From an uncultured Parabacteroides sp. (GTDB lineage: Bacteria; Bacteroidota; Bacteroidia; Bacteroidales; Tannerellaceae), in NCBI GenBank assembly GCA_964542435.1, contig CAZIVE010000004.1, positions 1-53,185 on the forward strand: a DNA stretch of 53,185 nucleotides, read 5' to 3'. The notes under the pieces are model-generated. The model had not been told where the DNA came from. It ran no database searches and was given only the letters and a program-made list of their open reading frames with translations. The position numbers and the translations under genes were made by a program. How positions within the stretch are numbered: the stretch's first letter is position 1; every line of letters begins with the position of its first letter. This document shows, in pieces, positions 46,525 to 53,185 of the stretch.

Positions 46525-48864
46525 ATGGATCTGAGATATTACATAGGACTTTTTTCTTTACTGCTCGTGTTCATGCTGGCAGGGTGCTCTTCTCATAAGA
46601 AAGGTAATAAGATCCAGGTCGTTGTCATACAATCTTTCGGACAATCACATGCCGTACAATCCCAATGTGAGCAGACAGTATATAAGGTATTCCGTGATGA
46701 AGATCTCGATGTCAAGATTCATTCGATTTATCTGAATTCAGAAGATCAATCACGTGGAACTTTGGACAGCCGCATGCAGATGCTTCTGGATTCCTGTTCT
46801 TGGTGGAAACCTTCTGTCATCCTCGTTTACGATGACGTCGCAACCGATGCACTTCTTCGTGCCAACATGAATATTGTCTATGACACCCCTGTGATTTTTG
46901 CAGGCGTCAATTTCCCCGACTGGTCTTTGATCGAGAAGTTCAAGAATGTAACGGGATATACATCTACGCCTGAATATATGAAGGCGGCGGATATGGCGAA
47001 CGAACTCTTCCATCCTCAGAATATTAGTTTCTGGATGAATCAAAGTGAAGAAGGACAGATGCATATTCACGCACTGCTGATGGATCTAAAATACGGACGG
47101 CAGATTTATCGCATCTGCAATTCCGAGCGGTCGATGCATTATCGGCTTGTGACGGAACAGATTTTTGCTTTGGAGCCTGATTCCACGCCGGATGCCGTTG
47201 ATTATGCTAACAAACATTATGAAGCAGGCAAGCCAAACATCGTGCTACTCAATTACAATCAGGAAAGTGCCAAGAATCTGCTGTCGATTCTTTCCGGCAA
47301 GATTCAGAAGAATGTATTTATCACATCCCAACGCGCCGATCATTCCCAGAAGTTCGCTTTGATGGCTTCGGCTCCGACATTCACTACAGTAAGTGAAGGA
47401 TTCGGAATCGACGAGGGTATTTTGGGCGGTTACTTTCCTTCCGCTGAATCGGAGTGGTCGAACAGTGCCAAGTTGGCAGCTGATGTCTTGAATGGTACAA
47501 ACATTTCCACTATTCCGGTTCGGATGCTTAAGAAGGAATATTGGATCGATTATCGCGAGTTGAGCCGTTGGCATATCGATATGAAAGATCTGCCGTCGAA
47601 CTATAAGATAGCCAATCTGCCTTTTTACATCAAACATCGTATATCGATCACCTGGAGTTTTTGGTTGTTCCTTTTTGTCGTCCTCGTCTGCATATCGATT
47701 TTGGTCCATCTGTATCATAAAGAAAAAGTTAGGCGGCTGGCCGTGCTGAAGAAGATCAAAGAGGAAGAGGAGTTCCGAGAATTGGCCATGCGCGGTTCCA
47801 AGGTTTATGCATTCAATATAGACAAAACCGGAATGAGGTTCGATAAGGATTTCTGTATGATCTATGGAGGCCATTTTCAAAATATTTCCATAGACGATTT
47901 TATTCACTTCATCGACAAACCTTATTGGTATTCTTTCCAGAAAGACGTTGAAATGATGAATATCGGCACGCTCAACAATGGAAATATCCGCCATGCGCCT
48001 TTGAATCTGACAGGAAAAGGCTACGAATGGTGGGAGTTCCGATTCAACTTCTCGCGTCTCAATATGACCATCTCCGGAATTCTCTTCAATATCCAGCAGA
48101 TGAAGCAGGAGGAGGAAGAGTTGCGCATTTCCCGAGAGAAGGTACTGGAATCGGAGAAAATGAAGTCCGTTTTCCTTGCCAGCATGAGTCATGAGATACG
48201 CACGCCTCTCAATGCGATCGTCGGCTTTTCGAATCTGATTGCGGACGATGTGGATTCGGAACTCACCATGGAACAGAAGCAGGAGTTCAAACAGCAGATC
48301 AACACCAACAATGAAATGCTGCTGAAGCTCTTCAATGATATCCTTGATCTTTCACAATTGGTGGGCGGACAAATGGAACTCAAGAAGGATGCGTGTGATC
48401 TCAGCCAATTGATGCTCGATATGTTCAATCAGTACAAACCTTTGATGCACGAAGGCGTTGAGATGTCTATTCAGCTTCCTGAAAAAGCAACTATTCTCCA
48501 AACCGATGTCAAGCGGTTGACACAGGTGATTCGTAATATTGTAAACAACGCCCGTAAGTTTACGCTCAAAGGGCATATTTTGATCGGTTACGAGGAAGGT
48601 CCTGAAAACGGACAGGTCAGCTTGTTCATTGAAGATACTGGAGTTGGCATTCCGAAAGAACTGCAGGAAAAGATCTTTGGTCGATTCACCAAGTTGGATT
48701 CGTTCAAACAGGGCACAGGTATCGGACTTGCCATTAGTCGGAGCATCATCCTTCAGATGGGCGGTTCGATTTCGTTGAAATCCGAGCTTGATTCCGGTAG
48801 TCGTTTTATCATCACTCTTCCAATAGTGGAAAAGGAGCAAGACTTCAATCCTATTGTGAAATGA
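46525..48864 (+). CDS. Sensor histidine kinase with a large periplasmic solute-binding-protein-like lipoprotein domain
   Basis: The ORF is 779 aa. It has the lipobox FMLAGCS, a periplasmic domain of about 340 aa, and a TM helix (WSFWLFLFVVLVCISILVHLY). Kinase motifs are a PAS-like segment, H-box MSHEIRTPLNAIVGFS, N-box NIVNNARKFT, and G-boxes EDTGVGI / GTGIGLAIS. There is no receiver domain. Confidence 0.85.
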   Translation: MDLRYYIGLFSLLLVFMLAGCSSHKKGNKIQVVVIQSFGQSHAVQSQCEQTVYKVFRDEDLDVKIHSIYLNSEDQSRGTLDSRMQMLLDSCSWWKPSVILVYDDVATDALLRANMNIVYDTPVIFAGVNFPDWSLIEKFKNVTGYTSTPEYMKAADMANELFHPQNISFWMNQSEEGQMHIHALLMDLKYGRQIYRICNSERSMHYRLVTEQIFALEPDSTPDAVDYANKHYEAGKPNIVLLNYNQESAKNLLSILSGKIQKNVFITSQRADHSQKFALMASAPTFTTVSEGFGIDEGILGGYFPSAESEWSNSAKLAADVLNGTNISTIPVRMLKKEYWIDYRELSRWHIDMKDLPSNYKIANLPFYIKHRISITWSFWLFLFVVLVCISILVHLYHKEKVRRLAVLKKIKEEEEFRELAMRGSKVYAFNIDKTGMRFDKDFCMIYGGHFQNISIDDFIHFIDKPYWYSFQKDVEMMNIGTLNNGNIRHAPLNLTGKGYEWWEFRFNFSRLNMTISGILFNIQQMKQEEEELRISREKVLESEKMKSVFLASMSHEIRTPLNAIVGFSNLIADDVDSELTMEQKQEFKQQINTNNEMLLKLFNDILDLSQLVGGQMELKKDACDLSQLMLDMFNQYKPLMHEGVEMSIQLPEKATILQTDVKRLTQVIRNIVNNARKFTLKGHILIGYEEGPENGQVSLFIEDTGVGIPKELQEKIFGRFTKLDSFKQGTGIGLAISRSIILQMGGSISLKSELDSGSRFIITLPIVEKEQDFNPIVK

Positions 48865-49625
48865 CAATGGCCGCCTTTTCTCTATTTATGATTGTGATGT
48901 CGTTCCTTGCAATCATTGTCTTCATTTCGCTTTATTTCGTGGATGCCGGTTATGGAATGCTGTTCAACGGAAAATGGGGAAAGGCACTTTCCAATAAAGT
49001 CGCATGGATTTGCATGGAAGCACCGGTTTTCATCGTGATGCTTTTGCTTTGGATCACATCCACGCGGCGCTTCGAAGCGGGAGCTTTGGTTATTTTCCTG
49101 CTGTTTGAGTTTCATTACTTCCGTCGTTCCTTCGTTTTCCCTTTGCGGATGAAGGGCAACAGCCGAATGCCTTCGGGAATTATGGCAATGGGCATCCTGT
49201 TTAATCTTCTCAATGGATTCATGCAGGGCGAATGGCTGTTCCATCTTGCGCCGGAAGAAAGATATTCTGCTGATTGGCTCACGACGCCTCCTTTTATCAT
49301 CGGGACGATCGTCTTCCTGACGGGCATGTTCATTAACTGGCAATCGGACAACATCGTGCGGAATCTTCGTAAGCCGGGCGATACGAACCATTATCTTCCG
49401 GAGAAAGGACTCTTCGCTTATGTCACATCTGCCAATTATTTCGGCGAGATAGTGGAATGGATCGGCTTTGCCATTCTCACCTGGAGTTGGAGCGGAGCGG
49501 TCTTTGCGTGGTGGACAGCCGCCAATCTCGTGCCGCGTGCCAATACGCTCTATCATAAATATCAGACGATGTTCGGTGCAGAACAGATGGGAAAGAGGAA
49601 ACGGATCTTTCCCTTCATATATTAA
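48861..49625 (+). CDS. 3-oxo-5-alpha-steroid 4-dehydrogenase (steroid 5-alpha-reductase) family membrane protein
   Basis: The ORF is 254 aa and polytopic. It has the C-terminal family signature YVTSANYFGEIVEWIGFAILTWS. Its ATG overlaps the kinase stop codon (ATGA at 48861-48864). Confidence 0.75.
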   Translation: MTMAAFSLFMIVMSFLAIIVFISLYFVDAGYGMLFNGKWGKALSNKVAWICMEAPVFIVMLLLWITSTRRFEAGALVIFLLFEFHYFRRSFVFPLRMKGNSRMPSGIMAMGILFNLLNGFMQGEWLFHLAPEERYSADWLTTPPFIIGTIVFLTGMFINWQSDNIVRNLRKPGDTNHYLPEKGLFAYVTSANYFGEIVEWIGFAILTWSWSGAVFAWWTAANLVPRANTLYHKYQTMFGAEQMGKRKRIFPFIY

Positions 49626-49636
49626 ATGTGTAAGAC

Positions 49637-50869
49637 ATGGAATCAATTCTTTATACACCTGCTAAGATTGGACCGCTCACCTTGCGCAACCGTACGATTC
49701 GTTCGGCTGCCTTCGAGAGCATGTGTCCCGGCAATGTTCCATCCAAGGAACTTTTCGATTATCACACTTCTGTAGCGGCAGGAGGCATTGGCATGACGAC
49801 GATTGCCTATGCTGCCGTAACACGTAGCGGACTTTCCTTCGATCGCCAGTTGTGGATGCGGCCGGAGATAGTGGACGGTCTCCGAAAGATTACCGATTCG
49901 GTCCACAAAGAGGGCGCAGCTGTTTCCATTCAGATCGGGCATTGCGGCAACATGTCGCACCGCAGTATCTGTGGCTGTACGCCCATTTCTGCCTCTTCCG
50001 GATTCAATCTTTATTCGCCGACGTTTGTCCATGGCATGCGCAAAGATGAAATCTACGCTGTGGCCAAAGCCTTCGGCAATGCAGTCAATCTAGCGCGCGA
50101 AGCCGGATTCGATGCAGTGGAAGTGCATGCTGGACATGGTTATCTCATCAGTCAGTTTCTTTCTCCCTACACCAATCATCGGCATGACGAGTATGGCGGA
50201 AGTCTCGACAACCGCATGCGTTTCATGAAGATGTGCATGGATGAGGTGATGAAAGCCGCTGGTACGGATATGGCCGTGCTGGTGAAAATGAACATGCGTG
50301 ACGGCTTCAAAGGCGGAATGGAGATCGACGAATCGCTGGAAGTGGCCCGAACGTTGCAGAACGAATGTGGTGCGCAGGCGCTGGTATTGAGCGGCGGCTT
50401 CGTCAGTCGCGCTCCGATGTATGTCATGCGTGGTGCGATGCCCATCAAGACGCTTACCCATTATATGCCTTTCGGATGGCTTCCTCCATTCGTACATCTC
50501 TGCGGTCATCAGATGATTCCGACCGTTCCCTATAAAGAGGCCTATTTCCTCGACGATGCCCTGCTTTTCCGCAAGGAGCTGGCTATGCTGTTGGTTTATA
50601 TTGGTGGGTTGACGCGCCGTAAGATGATCGATGAGGTTCTGAACAAGGGCTTCGAGTTTGTCAGTATGGCTCGCGCTCTCATCAATGATCCGGCCTTCGT
50701 GAATCATATCCGGGAAGATGCAAACGGATGCTGCGACTGTGGCCATAGCAACTATTGCATCGGACGGATGTACACGATCGAGATGGCTTGTCATCACCAT
50801 GTGGAGAATCTTCCCAAAGGTATCGAAAAGGAAATCGACAAACTGGAAAAGAGATGGACGAAGGAATAA
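49637..50869 (+). CDS. Old-Yellow-Enzyme-family NADH:flavin oxidoreductase with a C-terminal Cys cluster
   Basis: The ORF is 410 aa. It has the OYE motifs LRNRTIRSA and VEVHAGHGYLISQFLSPYTNHRHDEYGGSLDNRMRF. The C-terminal sequence CCDCGHSNYCIGRMYTIEMAC looks like the Fe-S motif of enoate / 2,4-dienoyl-CoA reductases. Confidence 0.85.
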   Translation: MESILYTPAKIGPLTLRNRTIRSAAFESMCPGNVPSKELFDYHTSVAAGGIGMTTIAYAAVTRSGLSFDRQLWMRPEIVDGLRKITDSVHKEGAAVSIQIGHCGNMSHRSICGCTPISASSGFNLYSPTFVHGMRKDEIYAVAKAFGNAVNLAREAGFDAVEVHAGHGYLISQFLSPYTNHRHDEYGGSLDNRMRFMKMCMDEVMKAAGTDMAVLVKMNMRDGFKGGMEIDESLEVARTLQNECGAQALVLSGGFVSRAPMYVMRGAMPIKTLTHYMPFGWLPPFVHLCGHQMIPTVPYKEAYFLDDALLFRKELAMLLVYIGGLTRRKMIDEVLNKGFEFVSMARALINDPAFVNHIREDANGCCDCGHSNYCIGRMYTIEMACHHHVENLPKGIEKEIDKLEKRWTKE

Positions 50870-51708
50870 CGATCATCACCGGCGCGGACAGCGGCATGGG
50901 AAGAGAGATCACGCTGGCTGTCGCCAAGAGCGGTTCGCCGATACTCATGGCATGCCGCACGGCGGAGCGAGCCAACAGCGTGGCCGAAGAGATCCGCGAA
51001 CTTTCCCACAATTCCCATATCGAGGTACGACCGATCAATCTGGCATCGCTGGCTTCTGTGGATGCTTTCACGAAACAGCTGCTCAGCGAGAAGCGTCCGA
51101 TCCGACGGATCGTGAACAATGCGGGCGTGCTCACCAGTTCGGTCCGTACGACGGAAGACGGTTTGGAAACGTTGGTCAGCGTGAATTATGTAGCACCCTA
51201 TTTCCTTACACGCCGTCTGCTTCCTCTGATGACTGTCGGTTCGCGAATCGTCAACACGGTCTCATGCACCTACGCCATCGGCAAACTGGATGACGCCTTT
51301 TTTGAGAAGGGACAGCGCGGTTCGTTCCGCAGGATTCCCGTTTACAGCAATACGAAGCTCGCCCTGCTGCTTTTTACGTTGGATCTGGCCGAACAGTTAA
51401 AGCCATCCGGCATCACCGTCAATGCATCCGATCCCGGAATCGTCAGCACCGACATGATCCGCATGAACGAATGGTTCGATTCACTGACAGACATTTTCTA
51501 TCGTCCCTTTATCCGAACAGCCGCGCAAGGTGCATCCACAGCCATCTATCTGGCCCTTTCACCTGATGTGGCCGAAGCAACAGGTGGCTGTTATGCCAAT
51601 CGTCGCCGTCGTTCGCTTTCCAACCGGATCCAAAATCATCCCATGCGTCATATCCTTTTCAGTGATACAGCGGAACTTCTCCACAAGAAACATTTCGAAA
51701 TCGAATAG
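50854..51708 (+). CDS. Short-chain dehydrogenase/reductase (classical SDR)
   Basis: The protein is 284 aa from the ATG at 50854 (MDEGITIITGADSGMGREI contains the TGxxxGxG motif). The catalytic YSNTKLAL (YxxxK) and NNAG motifs are present. The track start at 50755 lies inside the OYE gene. The true start overlaps the OYE gene by 16 nt. Confidence 0.85.
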   Translation: MDEGITIITGADSGMGREITLAVAKSGSPILMACRTAERANSVAEEIRELSHNSHIEVRPINLASLASVDAFTKQLLSEKRPIRRIVNNAGVLTSSVRTTEDGLETLVSVNYVAPYFLTRRLLPLMTVGSRIVNTVSCTYAIGKLDDAFFEKGQRGSFRRIPVYSNTKLALLLFTLDLAEQLKPSGITVNASDPGIVSTDMIRMNEWFDSLTDIFYRPFIRTAAQGASTAIYLALSPDVAEATGGCYANRRRRSLSNRIQNHPMRHILFSDTAELLHKKHFEIE

Positions 51709-51774
51709 CATTCGTTGCACTTTCCTTTCATGCCGATATTCTGAAAGTGTGTTTTGATGATGCTGCCTTTTTTG

Positions 51775-52240
51775 TTTCCACCGGGTGAAATGCACTGTGA
51801 GACCTTTGAAAAGTCGTTTCACCGGTGCAGGAAGCTTTCAGAGTACTCGCCGAGCACCTTCACCCGTTGTAAAGTGCTTCCGGAGTACTCGCCGAGGACT
51901 TTTCACCCATTGTAAAGTGCTTTCAGAGTACTCGCCGAGCGCCTTCACCCGTTGTAAAGTGCTTTCAGAGCACTCGCCGAGGACTTTTCACCCGTTGTAA
52001 AGTGCTTTCAGAGTAGTCGCCAAGCACTTTTCACTCTTGCAGGAAGCTTGCCGAGTACTCGCCAAGGTGTTTCACCCGGTGCAGGAAGCTTGCCGAGGCC
52101 TTGCCAAGGAGATTTCACCCATGCCTGAAGCATTCAGAGTATTCATTAAGGACCTTCCATCCATGCTGGAAGCATTCGGAGCACTCACTTCATACATTTC
52201 ATCCATGCACAGAACAATGCGAGTTGTCGAAGATGTTGCC
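51775..52240. repeat. Largest tandem array: about 11 units of 41-44 bp
   Basis: Units start at 51775, 51817, 51859, 51901, 51944, 51986, 52029, 52070, 52113, 52155 and 52197. The central consensus is tttcacccgttgtaaagtgctttcagagtactcgccgaggac. The first unit carries the inverted junction tttccacc/gggtgaaa. The flanking units are progressively degenerate. Confidence 0.9.
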
Positions 52241-52364
52241 ACATTTCTACGGATTATGGGATAAGGTGTATAAATATTCCGAATGACTCATTGGGCTCCA
52301 TTCTGGATGATTATGCGATAAAGGCATGAATATCGATGAAAATATTCCAAAAAAATGCAACGCC

Positions 52365-52424
52365 GATGAATAATTATTCAATGAGTATGCATATATTTGC
52401 ACCCAAAATGAATATTTATACAAA
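52365..52424 (+). promoter_or_regulatory. Three ARG boxes (ArgR operators) in 21-bp phase
   Basis: The 18-mers are gaTGAATAATTATTCAat (52365), taTGCATATATTTGCAcc (52386) and aaTGAATATTTATACAaa (52407), each separated by 3 bp. This is the canonical TGAAT-N4-ATTCA architecture. Confidence 0.7.
52392..52399 (+). promoter_or_regulatory. -7 promoter box (TAnnTTTG) for argR, embedded in ARG box 2
   Basis: tatatttg lies 33 nt upstream of the ATG at 52432. Confidence 0.5.
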
Positions 52425-52431
52425 TAGGAGT

Positions 52432-52842
52432 ATGGTAAAAAATCGATTGGACGCAATTGTTCGCATTCTCAAAGATCATGCGATAGAGAATCAGGAGGAT
52501 CTGCTAAAGGAGCTGGAGAAGGTAGGCTTTCCGACCACTCAAGCTACACTTTCCCGTGATTTGAAGAGGCTGCAGGTCCTGAAGATCCATTCCACCGATG
52601 GCAGTTATGTCTATCGTTTGCCTGCTCATCCACAGGTCGATCATCAGACTATCGAGTTCTCTGGCAATCTGGCCGTTGTCCGGACAAGGCCCGGTTATGC
52701 AATGGGTATTGCATACGACATTGATGCGAATGCGTCGAAAGAGATCCTTGCAACCATTGCCGGCGATGACACGATTCTGGTGATTCCGCGCGAAGGTATC
52801 AGCCGGAACCGCATCGTGGAGGTTTTGCAGCGTTTGTTATGA
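52432..52842 (+). CDS. argR: Arginine repressor
   Basis: The protein is 136 aa from the ATG at 52432 ([13 protein letters not shown]). It has the winged-helix segment [15 protein letters not shown] and the C-terminal oligomerisation motif [13 protein letters not shown]. The track start at 52336 would place the operators inside the CDS. Confidence 0.85.
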   Translation: MVKNRLDAIVRILKDHAIENQEDLLKELEKVGFPTTQATLSRDLKRLQVLKIHSTDGSYVYRLPAHPQVDHQTIEFSGNLAVVRTRPGYAMGIAYDIDANASKEILATIAGDDTILVIPREGISRNRIVEVLQRLL

Positions 52843-52878
52843 TGTACTTGAACATTAAGATGTGTTTATTATAAGATA

Positions 52879-53185
52879 ATGGAAAAAGATAAAGAAAAAG
52901 AACCGGAAATAGATGTGATGGTAGCCGATGCTTCTCATGAGGCATACGTGGATACCATTCTGGATACGATACGTGAGGCAGCCAAAGTCAGAGGTACAGG
53001 AATTGCCCAGCGTACACATGAATATGTGGCAACAAAGATGAAGGAGGGCAAAGCCGTCATTGCCTTATGCGGCGATGAATTTGCCGGATTCAGCTATATC
53101 GAATCGTGGGGAAACAAACAATATGTCACCACTTCGGGCCTGATCGTCTCTCCTAAATACCGTCATCTCGGTGTGGCGAAGCGTA
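52879..53185 (+). CDS. GNAT-family N-acetyltransferase, 3'-truncated by the window end (not in the ORF track)
   Basis: The frame is open from the ATG at 52879 to the window end. It reads MEKDKEKEPEIDVMVADASHEAYVDTILDTIREAAKVRGTGIAQRT...LIVSPKYRHLGVAKR, which contains an acetyl-CoA motif-A-like R-x-x-G-x-A. It sits directly after argR, as in Bacteroidota arg operons. Confidence 0.55.
   Translation, partial: MEKDKEKEPEIDVMVADASHEAYVDTILDTIREAAKVRGTGIAQRTHEYVATKMKEGKAVIALCGDEFAGFSYIESWGNKQYVTTSGLIVSPKYRHLGVAKR

Noticed and set aside
51775-52240. I considered a CRISPR interpretation of the 41-43-bp arrays, including those at 10107-10365 and 19215-19470.
   Set aside because: The units abut directly with no unique spacers between them. 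No cas genes are in the window. The structure is that of a minisatellite, not a repeat-spacer array.
1-53185. I looked for mobile elements, defence systems, tRNA, rRNA and other structured RNA genes.
   Set aside because: I recognised no transposase, integrase, recombinase, restriction-modification, toxin-antitoxin, reverse transcriptase or cas-like ORFs. Reading the intergenic regions by eye showed no tRNA-like T-arm or acceptor patterns. A covariance-model scan (tRNAscan or Infernal) would be needed to exclude small RNAs.

Overview
This window looks like a chromosomal stretch of a Bacteroidota genome carrying housekeeping and glycan-metabolism genes, mostly on the plus strand. A Prevotellaceae-like origin is my inference from TAnnTTTG -7 promoter boxes, a complete Bat aerotolerance operon, Rho with a long N-terminal insertion, and lipoprotein glycosidases. 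I support about 46 protein genes. They include dcp, a GH51-like and a GH127 arabinofuranosidase, an SGNH-SGNH-MBOAT O-acetylation module, and two tandem Tat-exported TIM-barrel paralogs. Also present are glgB, manA, nspC, ftsY, rimO, two HU-type genes, moxR-DUF58-batABCDE, aspS, a Nif3 gene, tilS, rho, a membrane MutS-like ATPase, an M48 lipoprotein, argR, and a partial GNAT gene. I saw no rRNA, tRNA, CRISPR array, transposase, integrase or recognisable defence gene. Several things are not explained by ordinary annotation. (1) A dispersed family of intergenic tandem arrays with a 41-43 bp period (or 80-85 bp) occurs at five or more loci (1-110, 2921-3111, 10107-10365, 19215-19470, 51775-52240), about 1.3 kb in total. 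(2) A sensor histidine kinase is translationally coupled to a module of 5-alpha-reductase-like, OYE flavoenzyme and SDR genes, which resembles Bacteroidota allo-bile-acid clusters. (3) A Nim/PNPOx-like gene is frameshifted. (4) A 1.3-kb tandem gene duplication is present. (5) A phased array of AACCATGGTT palindromes lies upstream of aspS. (6) Three ARG boxes in 21-bp phase overlap the argR promoter. All functional calls rest on motifs read by eye. No database search was run.
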